Shown here: positions 1-14,031 of the stretch, piece after piece
How positions within the stretch are numbered: the first letter of the stretch is position 1
Layout of the letters: every line of letters begins with the position of its first letter
Origin: Chrysomallon squamiferum
Lineage: Eukaryota; Animalia; Mollusca
Length of the DNA: 64,000 nucleotides
NCBI GenBank assembly: GCA_012295275.1
Contig: CM022673.1
Span: forward strand, 29,574,001-29,638,000
Reading direction: 5' to 3'
Notes under the pieces: generated by a model
What the model was told of the DNA's origin: nothing
Database searches by the model: none
The model's input: the letters and a program-made list of their open reading frames with translations, nothing else
Position numbers and translations under genes: made by a program

Positions 1-110
1 GCCATTAGATGGCCTACTTGTTGTTTTCTAGCAGTAGAGAATCTTCTGTTTGCACCTACCCCAAGACAGGAAGGAACATACCATCTTTGATTAAACAGTT
101 GTGCTGCACA
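1..110. mobile_element. Degenerate SINE core fragment (mollusc-type)
   Basis: The sequence 'tagcagtagagaatcttctgtttgcacctacccaagacaggaaggaacataccatctttg' resembles 28416-28525 ('tagcaggaaaagggtcttttatatgc...cagacaag...taccacgggcctttg'). From memory it also resembles a gastropod SINE central domain. Family assignment is unverified. Confidence 0.35.
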
Positions 111-1632
111 GTTAAAAAAAAAGGCCAGTGATTTATTATGTCCACCATGAAGATTTAAAAATGTTTCTGATTATTTTTAAGGATCATAGATATTGTCTTT
201 TCGGATAATGTGACATCTTTATATCTTTATAAATACTTTCATTTTACAGCAAACTGAAATATGAGTCGTGGTTCAATGTCTCACTTTAATGCAAGTATTT
301 TAATTTATTTATTTATTTTATTGTATTTATTTTATTTTTTTTCAGTGAATTATTGGTATGACATGCAGTATGACATTAAGTACAATTACTACAAATTTGT
401 GGAGAAAATCATGGACCTGGTTTGATAGAATACGTCACATTTTAAATAAAACATTTTTATTTTTATTAATATGAATTGTTGAAGTCTGTGTTTGATTATC
501 AAAACAACATATTGTTAGTTTACCTACTTTAACTTAATTTATACTCACCACATTTCATAATGAATGAATGAACAAATATTTCTTTAAAATATCTTAACAC
601 ATTTTTAGTTAAGTGGTGTCACCTCAACATCATTGTTTGTTAATGTTTTTAAATGTGACCTCAAGTTTTTGTACACATATACACACGCACATTAACAGAG
701 ATAGATAGATATAGATGTTTATTAATGGTTAAATACACATCCAGTGTTGTACTAATATTAATTTTTATTAACTGTCATCCACAGCACCTTATTGTTACCT
801 CAGCATTTTCTAATATTAATGGTTATTAAATACAGCCATACCTATTTTTGATGTAAACATTTATCAACTGTAAAATGTATATTTCATGTGTAATTTGTTT
901 AGAATCCACTGCAGTTATCCATGGGCTTCTCTTATTGATTAGCAGCAGAAAGAAAGCAATGCCATGGATTTGATAAATATTTAATTTCTTTGTTTATATC
1001 ATTGAAAACAAAGCTTTATTGTTCATGTGCCTGGAAACATTCGTCTGAAGAACTGAGAAAAATTACAGCGTTTTGGGAATTCCTTATTTTTTGTATTTTT
1101 CTCTCTGTACATTTTGCATGTGTAAACAGAGATAAATAACAATAGTCTTTGAATTGACAAACACATTTTCTCGCACGTACACTCACACATACTTATTTAT
1201 AGCAAAGAAAACAATACACAATTCCAATCCGTCAGATATTTTGTTTATTTATTTGTTAATTAATTATATAATTTAATAATTGTTCGATTTCAAAATAAAC
1301 AAAATCGGACGAAAAAAAATAATGAATTTTTTTACTACAGATGATTGCATTTAATCAGATAATCAAAAACAAACCCCGCCAAAAAAAGAGAGAGAAAAAA
1401 GTAATCCTATCATTTTGGTTCAACACTGTTTTTTTATTTGTTTTTATTATGAAATACATAACAATATTGTTTTCTGTTATAATTACAGCGTGTTTTTTCC
1501 GAGGACTTGGATACGTCTCTGATAGTAAATTTTTCTTTTTAGTGTATCATTCAAAGTTTATTGCAGATGACTGATAAATGAACTAAAGAAAAATTACGAA
1601 ACTAATTTCTTTTCATATTTCGTTTGTTAACT

Positions 1633-2363
1633 TTATCTTTTGCCAAAGTCTGTGTGCCAACCTTGCTGGTTTTCACTACTTTCTTTAGAATTCATTTGTC
1701 TTTTGCCAAATTCTGTGAACCAGCCTTGTTGTCTTTTACCAAAGTCTGTGTGCCAACCTTGTTGGTTTTTACTATTGTCTTTGTATTTTTGTTGTTCTCT
1801 TTTACCAAACTCTGTGAACCAGCCTTGTTGTCTTTTACCAAAGTCTGTGTGCCAACCTTGTTGGTTTTTACTATTGTCTTTGTATTTTTGTTGTTCTCTT
1901 TTGCCAAACTCTGTGAACCAGCCTTGTTGCCTTTTACCAAAGTCTGTGAACCAACCTTGTTGTCTTTTGCCTTTGGACACATCGTGTTGTCTTTTATCGT
2001 TTCTAATAAGCTGATCAGTGATGTCCAGCCAGTCTGGACCACGAAGCATGGACAGAACTACTGATTCACTGGAACGAGCATCCAGGTCATCATCGTCTGA
2101 AAACCGCAGAGGAAACCAAGTGAGGCGTTTCTTAGGTTCTGTGTGCCAGCCACGCTGCCCGGTGATTGAACCAAAGTCAGAATATGTTGCTGTATTACTC
2201 TTTCTAAACGGTAGACTTGAAGTGTAAGGATTGGAATAGAGATTTCGTAGGAAGTTAGAGTATTTAAAGTTAAAACTTTCATCTTGTCTCTTCTGTTGAA
2301 GATATTCGTCTGCGAAGTTGCGTGAATCACGTTTATTAATTTCTTTACCTTCATCAGTGTGAT
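1633..2363 (-). CDS. Neuropeptide precursor, exon 2 (peptide-coding): seven GW-x-T-(D/E)-F-amide peptides
   Basis: ORF with repeated QQGWFTDF-GKR, QQGWFTEF-GKR (x3) and extended ...NQQGWHTDF-GKR (x3). Gly amide donor plus KR convertase sites. Polypyrimidine acceptor TTTCATTTTTTCCAG|AT at 2364/2363 (phase 1). Stop TAA at 1635-1633. The ORF-track N-terminus (MKYQFIQFLSFFP) is intronic. Confidence 0.9.
1636..1968 (-). repeat. Internal coding repeat, 99-bp (33-aa) period made of 33-bp + 66-bp peptide units
   Basis: QQGWFTEFGKR-EQQKYKDNSKNQQGWHTDFGKR is repeated twice nearly identically at DNA level, plus a variant third unit. Confidence 0.85.
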
Positions 2364-5300
2364 CTGGAAAAAATGAAAGGAATTGAATAAATTGGTATTT
2401 CATTATATATTGATCGATCTATGGAATAAAATATATAAACATTAGTATATAGATTGTATTGCAGTTGAAAAATGAAATAAGCTTAAGATCGTTGTCATAG
2501 CATTATGCAACACTATTATTATAACCGAGTCTACAAAGACTATTAAAGGGTGAGGATTTTTTTTATTATTTTAAATAGTGTGTGAGAGTGGCTGTGTGTG
2601 TGTGTGAGAGAATGAGAGAGAATGAGAGCGTGTGTGTGTGTGCGAGTGCGTGCGGTGAGGGAGAGGCGTTTGAGAGAGAGAGAGTGTGTGTGAGAGAGCG
2701 CGCGTGTGAGTGAGAGAGAGAGCGTGTGTGTGAGTGAGAGAGCGTGAGTGTGGATGTGAGAGAAAGTCAGTATATGTGAGAGTGTGTGGAATGAGAGAGT
2801 GTGTGTGAGAATGAGTGAGTGGGTATGCGTGTGTGAAAATGAGTCTGTGGGTGGGTGAGAGAGAGTGTGCGTGCGTGCCTGAGAATTTGTCTGTGTGTGT
2901 GATCGAGTGTGTGTTTGTTTCCATACACCCTTTATATACTCGCTACACGAAAAATATTTGTATTAGATGTTTTAAACACTTCGGTGTTGATTTTGCACAG
3001 CCCTTTATACTGAACTGTTAGCTTTGACCAGTAAACCAGGAATGGATGAAGACCAGTGTTAGGACGATTTAATAAATTTCATTTAGGAAAGTTAAAAAAA
3101 CCCTCATTATTTACTTTTATTTTAATTTTATAATTTTCATCATCTTCGTGTAATCGCCATCATCATCATCATTATTATTACTTGTAGTTAGGAGTGTTTT
3201 AATACATACACACGTACGTGTTTGTCCCAACATCTTCAAGTAACAAATAAGAACGTATCCGTGACAACTCGGTGATTGGAAATAACAAATCAACACCTTC
3301 AAGTGAACGCCAGAGGGACTGTGCCGGAAAGACCATGGCTGAACTAATATTCCACATTTATTTCACATCCTCTGGCCGAGATAAGCTATCTGCTCAACAG
3401 GACAGGTGTGAAAACGTGTGACGGAGTCGTCTGCTATTTGTGTAACGGGAATGATATTCGTGAGCTCCGTTATCATTACAGTAATGGCTCTCCCATTTTG
3501 TTAATAATCAGACATAATTTTAATGCCACGATTTGAAACCGTTGTTAAGATGTCAGATATTTGTGTCCCGTCTTCCGATTATGTGTGTTTGGGTTTTATA
3601 TATATATACATTTATATATATTTCATTTATGTTCCTGCTTAATATATCCTGTGTTTAGTCCTTATCTAGCAGCACTATTCAGAGAATTAAACCTATTATC
3701 AAAATTAAAATAAATAAAATACAGTGATCATCTTCGTAACAACGTGATCTGTTCGTATTAAACACCATAAAATGCGGTCGGATCTACGGATTTTGACTTT
3801 TATAAATGAATAAACTAACAGCCGCAGGTTAAAAAAAACACCAAAACTAAACAAATAACACCTCCACAGCAGTGTTTGTGTATTGATCAACAAGACAGCT
3901 TAATTTTATATTCATTTTTATTTGTTTTCGTTAGAATTCGATTGAAAACACTGAGTAAATACCGAACTTTGTTTATCTCTTTTTTTTTTATGTATATAAT
4001 TGGCAAAATTACAACACGTTTTTCTGCTAATGAGTGACAGAATTGACTTACTGTTTGTTTATCCAGTTTTGCATCGAAGTTTCAATCCACAAGTAACTAA
4101 TTAGAAGCATTTGTAGAGTTCCATAATATTCTCGTTAGACGTGTTTTTATTCAAACGGCTTCAGTAGGAAGGTTAAGCTGTCAAGGAAGAAAAGCAGAGA
4201 TGCCGAACTAATAAATTATCATTTAAAAATGTTTTTCAATTTTCAATTCCATTCTTTATTATTATTGTTATTATTGTTGTTGTTGTTGTTGTTGTTATTA
4301 TTATGTACGCAAGAAATCAATTCCTTTGTGTATTTTTTCCTAAATCCATTGTTTTCTGCTTTCCGACCTTTGTTTATGGAAAGCCGCAATGCACACTTTT
4401 CTGTCTCTGGGAAAGTTCATATACACTGACCACGTGGTGGTTGCCGCGGGTTTCCTCTTTAATATCACATCACACTGAAGTCATATGTATAACAGTTAAT
4501 AATCAGCAATAACAAAATGCACCGAACTGTCAAAATAATTCTGATAATTTTGTTTGAATAGAATTTTCGTTGGCATTGTAACTATACATTTCAAAATAAA
4601 GAATAGAAAAAAAAAAGAAAAGAAAAACCAGTGGAAAAACGTTGAAGTAGCATAAATAAAATATGTTTAATACTGTTCTCAGTACAAATGTTCAAATCTT
4701 TGTTCAGGAGAAATTAGGATTATTTAAAGTTAATAAAAGTAACATGGACATCTTTGGAGCCTCGCAAACTCATAAATTAACAAACTAATTGCTTTTACAT
4801 TTTTAGCCAAGGTGCGGGCATTTATTGTGTGTATTCGTAAAATATATACATAAAGATAATATACATTTGTGTTGGCGTTTGTGTGTGTAACGTAATTGTT
4901 GATGAATTGCAGAAACAAGAACAACAAGGACGAGATTACGTCTGCTATTAACGTATGAGATTTAAAATAATCCACTGTTATCGATGCAGTTTTGTGTCGC
5001 ACTGACCCCGATTCTTGCCAAGGGACATTAATTTTACACTGATCAGTATTATCTTAAAATCCCTCGATTAGTCCACCCTCTAACTTTCATATTGATTGGG
5101 AATTGTTATAAAGTAAAAGTAATAGCTGAATAATTTTATCTTTATACTTCATCTTACCGTTATGATTTTTTTCAGTGACTAATAATAATTGAAAAAATAA
5201 TAATTTTTGTTTTTGAAAATGTTTTTTATGTGCCTCAATTTAGATCGAGGTCAGTGATGATCCCACACAAATAAAAAAAATCCTCAATCAATTAATTATA

Positions 5301-5806
5301 TTGTCATCCAACATTATAAATTTTAGAAAATTGAATTAAAAATAGAAAATTTTGTTAAATGGAAATTAAATAAACAGAATAACCTTGTAGAGTTTATAAT
5401 GCAATTTGCCTTAATTGAAAACTTGGTCAAAGCCAATCATTTAAAATTTTTTATTAAGTTCTAGCAGAGAGCTATGCGAATAGAACACATCTAAGATAAT
5501 ATTTTAAGGTTATTTAAAAAAAAAAAAAAAATTTTTTTTTTAAATTAAATAGTAAAAATAAAATAATATATGTACGTGTGTGTGAACAACTATTGACTTT
5601 AATGTTTTCCATATTATATATTCCTATATTGCTTAAGCTACTAACATTTATACTTGCAATATTCATCGGAAGACAAATTCTTTACATTTATTATTTAACC
5701 ATCCAGTTCTAATCAACAACCACATCAAAATAACTTAATAAAAGAAGACAAAAAGATCTCGCCTGAAGGTGCCCACGAAAAACTACTACAAGAATATATA
5801 CATCAT

Positions 5807-5847
<41 letters not shown>

Positions 5848-8774
5848 GCTACTGCTAATAATAATGATAAAATAGACAAAAAAAAAAAAAAAAAAACAGT
5901 TCGGAAAAACCCCACTAAAAAACAGCAACAATCTATTACAAAGATTATGAATAATTAACAACAATTATTCTGAATCGGAATTTTATTAATACTCGTATGT
6001 CAAGGAATCCTCTTTCAAATGAGGTTTTTCACTTTTCTAACAACAAAATGTCATTAGCGTATTCATTATAACAGATTGTTTGTCAGTTACAGATACTTTC
6101 AAAATAGGATTACTGACAAATAATTACTTTTGTAAATGTTGAATAGTTTTGGCAGATAACGCATTTAAGAAGATTACATTTTGGAGATAAAATCCGAACA
6201 AACGAACTAAGAAAACGGCCAGTATTTTAAACTTTTTGTTAAAAACTGTTATAGACACGAATAACCGGATTAAGATAAGAATTATGTGTCTGTTCAGAAC
6301 CCACTGGGTTATCTAGCGTAGCCCAAATTAGCCCACAGGGGTTTTGATCCTGTGACGAGAGTCTCCGACTGAACGAATAAAATGGCGAGAAATTTAAATT
6401 TTACTAGTATAAAAACCCACTTATAGTAGTTAATGTCAACGGAAGAAGTTTTGAACTATTTAACTTTGGCATTTTCAGTTCAATAATGGAAGCATGAAAA
6501 TATGTGTCATCCAGTTTCTTGAACTAAATATTTTGTTGATTTATATTAAAACAATCTGCCAATTTCTATTAAAGGAATTTAATCTTAAAATTAAAACAAT
6601 GTCACTGTTGGTAATTTTGCTTGAGAGACATGTACATGTTACAGTAATTAAGCGAATAACTGCTGCTTTAAATTAAAATACACCATTGGTGCTTTTTATG
6701 TACTGAAGGAATTTAATGACAGTAATATTATAATGGTATCAGACGCTAAACGTTTCTAAAATTATAAGATAATTACAATTCAAAGAATGTAACTATAACG
6801 TACACAATTCACGTTTAAACTCTATACGAAATATTTATTTCAACTAAAATAATTAACTTTGTTATTAAAAGGTACGCGATGGTTGTCCTTTCAGAGCGAG
6901 GCCGTTCCACTGCACTCAGCTTGGGCTGACCCCTGCCGGCGACTCAAGTGCGACTACGTAATTTTTGTGTGTGTGTGTGTGGGGGGGGGGGCTGCGTTTC
7001 TCAAAACTTCTTAAAATTCCCGTATTGCAAAACATCTTCTTTCGTTCACTTACATATTAATAAACATATATACAACAAAAACAAAAACGAGATACGTATG
7101 CATTCACGTCATAGAAGAATTGCAGCGCCCACACATTTTTGAACTGTATTTTTATCCTTATTACTTAAGACTAAATGAAAACGAAATAATAATAAAAAAC
7201 AAACTTGGAAGTATGATGCATGTATCGAGACTATTTCTTTTGTATGACCAACGTACACATTAAACAAGTATTTAACAGTATGCTGTGGGTGTTAAATTCC
7301 GGTTAATTTCAATGCGGATGTAGCTTGTCATCTTCATTTTCTACTTTTTGTTTGCTCCCTTCTTCTCCGCTGTTACGACTGCTACGAACACGTTAGATGT
7401 AATCTTCAACAAAACGAGTTTCTTTGTCTACACGGTTTACAATACTGATCAGTTTAAAGCAGAACTTTGCATATTTCTCGAGAGTGATGCTGGTTAATGA
7501 AATTTTCATAGAAATATATTTGTAAATGCGTTTACAACAGTCTGTTTCTATCAATGGCTTTGTATATAAATTAATAATGATAATGCTGATGATGATGATG
7601 ATGATACAAAAAAAAAAAAAATAAAGCAACAACAACATAAAACCCCATTCAAAAATCCAACAACTAAAAAAAAAAAAAAAAAAAATCAATTTCAAAACGT
7701 TTTCATTTAAAAAATGTTACATAAATAGTTGTTATTTAAGAACTATTTGTTTTGTTATTCAGTCTTTGTAGGCAACTTGGAAACCCGTATACATGAATCT
7801 GCTGAGAAATATGACAGTTAATTTTGTTTACGTTTTGAATTATTTAGGAGAGCAGGTTAAAACAAATAACTGGTTACAGTGTTAAAATATCAGACAGCCT
7901 CTCAGATCGAATTCTCAACTTCCAGGATGTAGCTGATATCTTAATATCAAAATTTTATTAAGTTATTCCCTATATATATATATATATATATTTCTATGTA
8001 TTTCTTTTTGTATAATTATGACAAGATAGGTATTCCTAGTCCCATTGCTACTACTACTAGATACCAATACCACTACTATCACTACTTTTATTAGATACTT
8101 CTAGAAGGAAACAATAGCATTAGTATTAGTACTACATACTTCTACTGCTACTACTACTAGAACTTCTACTACTACCTGTGCTGCTGCTACTACAACTGTC
8201 TCTGCTACCATTGTCGCAGTTCATGTTCCTATTCATATTTCTGCTGTTTCTATTATTACTTTTTCTGCTATTACTATTACAACCTATACTATTACTACTA
8301 ATATAACCATTAATACAACAATCACTATTACTATTGTTATTATTTCTGCTATGAGTACTGTCCTACTGTTACGACAAATGCTACCTCGACTTATAATACT
8401 GTAGCTACAAATAAATACAAATTTATGAACGATACAGTAAAATCAAGAATACTTTGCAGTTTATGGATTAATCAGAAGCACTAAAAACTTTATTTTAAAG
8501 CTTCTTCAAAAAATTTAATCAGGATGCAAATTTTATTATCTAGGAAGCAATTCTGAAGTTAAGCATGGGAATTAAACTGCAGTTTCAAAATATGGTATCT
8601 ACGTATTAATCGTTTCTACGTATTGATTGTTTCAAATTAATCGTCTTTTTTGTTAAATGGCTCGAGTATCAGAACTGATTGATACTGATCGACATGTTAA
8701 CAAAAAAAAAAAAAAATTAAGAAACGAAAAATAAAGAGCAATTTGAAACAATTTGAAGCTAATATGTTGATTTC

Positions 8775-8827
<53 letters not shown>

Positions 8828-9107
8828 GAACTTAAATAAAATTCTGTTAAAATAAAATTGTTAAAATAAAATAAAACGTGTGTGTGTACACTCATACACA
8901 CATATTATAATAATAATAATGACATGAAAAGAACAAATAAAAGAGTATTAAAATAAAACAAAACTGTAGATGTATGTGTGCATATGTATAAACATGATGC
9001 AGCATGAAAACTAAATCATAGATAAACACACACACACACACACACACAAAAAAAAAAATTAAATTAAAATATTGCACAGTTAGAAATAATTATAAAAGCA
9101 AACTTAC

Positions 9108-9186
9108 AGATATTCATCCCTGATATTCTACAAGTGACAAGGATGGCCCAAAATGCAACGAAGGACATCAGCTGAAACACGTGCAT
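9108..9186 (-). CDS. Neuropeptide precursor, exon 1 (signal peptide MHVFQLMSFVAFWAILVTCRISGMNI)
   Basis: ATG at 9186, hydrophobic core, canonical donor T|GTAAGT at 9108/9107. Phase 1 matches the phase-1 acceptor at 2363 (T+AT=Tyr, joining ...GMNIYHTDEGKEINKR). Intermediate exons cannot be excluded. Confidence 0.75.
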
Positions 9187-9237
9187 TCTGTCGTCGTGGT
9201 TCAACGAGAAAGAACGAGATTTCAGAGGTAGCCTCTC

Positions 9238-9330
9238 TTTATACATAGCTAGCACGTGCCAATCAAGTTAAAAAAGAAAGAAAAAAGAAACTGATGCTGA
9301 ATCGAATTAACTAATCAATAGCGCATTGGC
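9238..9330 (-). promoter_or_regulatory. Putative core promoter of the neuropeptide gene (TATAAA, E-box, CCAAT)
   Basis: TATAAA on minus strand at 9243-9238, about 52 nt upstream of the ATG. CACGTG at 9253-9258. CCAAT at 9259-9263 (+) and GCCAAT near 9325-9330 (-). Confidence 0.5.
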
Positions 9331-10508
9331 TGTCTCGTCCACTCGAGTAAATAATATCAGAATGAAAAATTAAACGAAGTCGAGTTAAATGTTTTTTTAA
9401 TATCACGTCTCACATGCTGTCGTTTGACTCGGTTGAATCTTTGTCTTAGAACACCTGAAAATGTCGCGACGTCGTTCTTCTTGGTTCTCGAATAGACAGG
9501 ATTTACTGTAATATCTTTTGTTTTAACAGGAAATAAAGGAAATAAGCATGTTAAAATAAATTATTAATTCGTCAAAAAGGTTATTTACTTACTACTGTTG
9601 TTGTTGTCGTTGTTGCTACTGTTGCTATTGTAATATATTATTTATTTACTTTTAGTAAAGAAAAACTGTAATGAAATGCATGCGTGTCCGATTGTGAATA
9701 TTCGAGATTGTAAAAGGGTACGTCTCTGAATAATTTCATACTCTACACAAACACACAGACTTTGTATAGAATACAGCAACCAGACATTCCCGATAGACAT
9801 CGTAGAAATTTAACTTCTATCAATAAAATTTGTTTCTGGTATTGATGCTAGATTTCCGTTAACCATTCTTGACAAAATAAGATGAAGGATAATTATTTCA
9901 GAAAAGAACACAAAATAAGAATGAAAGTTTTATTCAGTTTAGCATTTATACATTAAAGAGAATACATTTGGTTTTTGGTAGAAATTACAAATGTATTTGA
10001 TATAATTATCTGGAATAAAACTTTTTACTTCATCTAATCTTTACTGATAATAAAGAACAGACCGGCAGGCTTATGACGTCAGTTCATAGAGAGAAATTAA
10101 CTATCAACGACAACAGCAGCAACAGCAACAACAACAAAATATATATTTTTTAAATTTGAAGCTGAATTCAGAAAGAAGTCCACGTTTAATGCAGTCGAGA
10201 GGTGAAACTAGGATAGGATTTCTGTTTGTAGTTGATCTGGAGGAAATGTTAGCGCTTCAGCCTATCACTGCGTTTGCGCTGTTAATACATTCATCTCCAC
10301 GAACTCTGCCGCTGCGCCTTTTAATACGATACAAGTTCAAACCAGCCAGTGTCGAGTCGAGGTGTTTCATTACAAGCGCAAATTGATGTCATCCATAAAC
10401 GCTGACATTCCGTTAATGCATTTTATGTCAGGGGCATGTATGTGTGTGCGTGTGTGTACAAATATGTCTTTGTGTACGTGTATGAGTATGGCTTTCTGAG
10501 TGTTTGTT

Positions 10509-10568
<60 letters not shown>

Positions 10569-11299
10569 TGTGTGTGTGTGTGTGTGTGTGCGTGTTAAAT
10601 GTTAGTTTTCAAATGTTATTTGTCGAAAGCAAAGATGTTGGAGTTTTTTGTGTGCGTGCGTATTTGTGTGTTCAGGTGTGTCTCTGTGAGCGCGTGCGCA
10701 TGTTTGTGGGTGTATTTTTGTAATCCTAGGTTTCCGAAGACGTCATTTCTTAGAACGTGGGAGTTATTTTCTAGAAAGTAAAATACAGAATATATCTAAT
10801 GTGAACAGCCGCTTTGAACTGTTTTCCAGGCTTTCATCTGTATTTTGAAACATTATCTGTGGTAAGAAACAGTATTATAGATCTTTTAAATGAGGAAAAT
10901 TTACTTTTGTATTATATATTATACTGTCAACGTTATTTTTTATTTTCTTATTTCAAAATTTAAATTAATTATCTTCATTTTTAATAAAAAAATAATTAAA
11001 ATGAGTAAACTGCAGAACTGTAAGTTATGAAATAATTGTATGACCGATTATTTCCTTCTTTATTTCAGTTAATAATAATGTTCCATAAAATTATATACTT
11101 TCGTTCTTTCATAAGCTGAGCTGAACTTCTGTACGTAGGTACAAAAATACACAGCAATATACACAGTATTAGAAAATATTCATGAATAAACTACAAAACA
11201 TAGCAATTTTTAAATATTTTTATTAATCTTTTTTTTCTTTTTAAAGATACCAGGTTTTTTAAAGTTAAATAATTATTAAAACTTAAAAAATAATTAAAA

Positions 11300-11470
11300 A
11301 TATGCAATATAAAATGAAACTCGTCTCCAATATCGTAATTATTGCACAGTGGAAATAGTATATTTTGTGTTTGAACAGGAAGATGATGGTTTGAAAGACT
11401 AAACTGGGTTAAAGAACACGCTGGGTTTTTTCTCTGTAATTGTGAAATATGAATCGAATGCAAGAGTCTT
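11300..11470 (-). mobile_element. Non-LTR retrotransposon (LINE) ORF2 C-terminal remnant
   Basis: Translation TQFSLSNHHLPVQT...PLCNNYDIGDEFHFIL resembles the 'RxSNHxLPIETG...CxxC...IGDEFHxIL' motif at the C-terminus of invertebrate LINE ORF2 proteins. Internally deleted and followed by AT-rich sequence. Confidence 0.6.
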
Positions 11471-11562
11471 TTCTTAAAGCTTTGAACGAGTTATGAAGGT
11501 ACATAATCTAAGATTGTACTGATCTACAAGCATTGTGTTAATACATGATTTTAGCACAAAAG

Positions 11563-11729
11563 AAAACCACTAGAGATACCACTACACTGTGGTAACAACA
11601 AATTTGTACAGCCAAAACAGACAAACATTTACTATCCGTTTTAACAGAAAAAACCCACTAGTGATACCACTACACTGTGATAACAACAAATATGTACAGC
11701 CAAAACAGACAAACATTTACTATCCGTTT
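11563..11729. repeat. Direct tandem duplication, ~88-bp period, 2 copies
   Basis: 'ccactag(a/t)gataccactacactgtg(g/a)taacaacaaat(t/a)tgtacagccaaaacagacaaacatttactatccgttt' starts at 11567 and again at 11655. Confidence 0.85.
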
Positions 11730-13931
11730 GTGATTAAAACTGCTGTTGTTAACGACATTCAGTAAATATCTGAAGCAAAGATAAGGCGGGTCTGATTTTC
11801 CTTGATTAATCAGTAAACGATCAGTTCTCCTTTTACATGCTGGATACCGTCCAGATTCTCCTTTTAATTAGTACAATGGTGTAGATTTGATTACAGGTAA
11901 TAACAATTACGTGAACTGATTACATAACTGTCCCGTTACTGACACCTTTACTCCCCCCCCGGTTCCTCCATCTTGTAAAAGAACTGATTAAACTGTGTAG
12001 TCAGGTAATTTCATAAGTTTCAGAATGAAATACAGTGAACATCACCTTATCTGAAAAAACGTCTCTTGCCTTAGTAACATAGTGAACTTTGAAAAATAAC
12101 GCCGACATATTTATAACTTTCTGAGTTGTAAAGCTTTAATTTCTGAAGATAAAACTAGTTTTTTGTCTCAATTCGTAAGCTATGTATAAGACTTTTTTCT
12201 AGGTTTTTTGTTTTTTTTTTTTTTTAACATTTCGTTGCTCCCTCGGAACTCGAGACAGACAGACATATTTGTAGAGAAAAAATAAATAACATGTTTTATG
12301 ATGATTAAATTATTATATTTTTTAAATTAATCTAGTTAGGTAATATTTTTAGAAAAATATGTGAAAAAACAACAACAGCTAAAAAAATATAATAAATTTT
12401 ACAATAAAATATGCAGTTTGGCTACAACAAAAATATGTAAAAAAAAAAATAAATAATAATATAATAATAACAATAATAATAATAATAATAATAAAATAAA
12501 GAAGAAAGTACAACCCCCCAAAAAATAATAATTTGAAATATAGCCATTAGTTAAAAAAAAAAAAAAAAAAAAAAAAAATATACAAAACCCTCCCAAAACA
12601 AAACTAAACAACTGAAACAAACAAACCCCCATCACCACAGCAAAACGACCAGTAGTGAAATTCCTTTTTACTAAGTCGAATAATACTGACTTCATTTTGT
12701 GATCTTAAACACCAGAACAGAATACTCAGTACTGCTCTGTAATTACATCTTTGCACTCCAACTTGAGTTTCAGCAGCTGCATCCAGAAAACATTAAGAGG
12801 ACGGAATAACAGAGGTAAACACCTGTACACTGATTAAATAAACTGCAACACGTGCACACTGTCTGTTTGATAGATACATACCTTATTACAGCGTGGAAAT
12901 CAAAGAGGCTGATTGATATTATAATGCTATTTCTTGAATCATAAATATAACGTGAAATTATTCTAAGAAACGCTGCAGTGAACATTACATCAGCATGTCA
13001 GTACCAAATACAACATTCGTTTTTAGTTTATTTATTTATTATGTTTTGTTTCCTGTATACAGTGATATAAAATTGTTATACACATACACACATACATATA
13101 CATTCATACATACATATATATACATACATAGATAAACACAGATACTTACGTATGTTGTTATTAGTATTAAATACAGCATACTTCACTTAACGAAGACAGA
13201 CATTTCTTTTTTGTAAATTAATTTTATTAATATCAATATTTATTTAGTTACAATTTATTCAGTATATATTCGTGAACCAAATATGCTTTGCTCTAAAGCA
13301 AACAACTGACATTTTGTCTTAGTATACCTACGTAATGTTATGCTATGGTAAAACTGCATAAAACATAAATTAAGAATTAAAATTTTATTTTATTTTAATT
13401 TTTTTTTTTAAATGGAATTCAGTGATTTACAATAAATAAGTTAACTAAAAAAAAAAAAAGTAGAAAGACAATGATAAATGGATTGCCTCATATCTAGTAC
13501 CAAATTCACCAAACTAGTTTATTACAATACTGGTTTTGGGTTATGTTGATAGCAAAGGATTAACTGTAGTCAGTCTATTGTTCGATGATTGAACGCGTGT
13601 TCTGTTCAGATCATTAATAATTTAAAATGTGTGTTCAAGCGAATGGTGCAAATCTCGTTCAAACAAAATGAATTTAATGATTGAGATAATTGAAGAAATC
13701 GAGACGGCCTTGGACATCAGAACTTAATCTTTAACCTGTTTAAATTAATCGCATGCGTTAGAAAATTGCAAATTTTAATAAATTTTTAAACATTACTGCA
13801 AAAAAAAAAAAATAGATCCGTTTTTAGTTTCGATAATATAAAATAAAATCTGTTTGTGTAATGTTTTAACAAATTGTTTTTTAACTGCAGTAAATATGTC
13901 CAGCCACTGTAGCCGCATAGTAGACGGACAA

Positions 13932-14031
<100 letters not shown>

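Noticed and set aside
1624-2227. Overlapping repetitive ORFs (1624+, 1640+, 1692-, 2018+)
   Set aside because: Shadow frames of the repetitive neuropeptide exon. Only the 1633- frame has GKR processing sites and a matching signal exon.
1633-2363. Assignment as CCK/gastrin/sulfakinin
   Set aside because: It lacks the DY sulfation motif, the W-to-F spacing differs from GWMDFamide, and a seven-copy precursor is atypical for that family.
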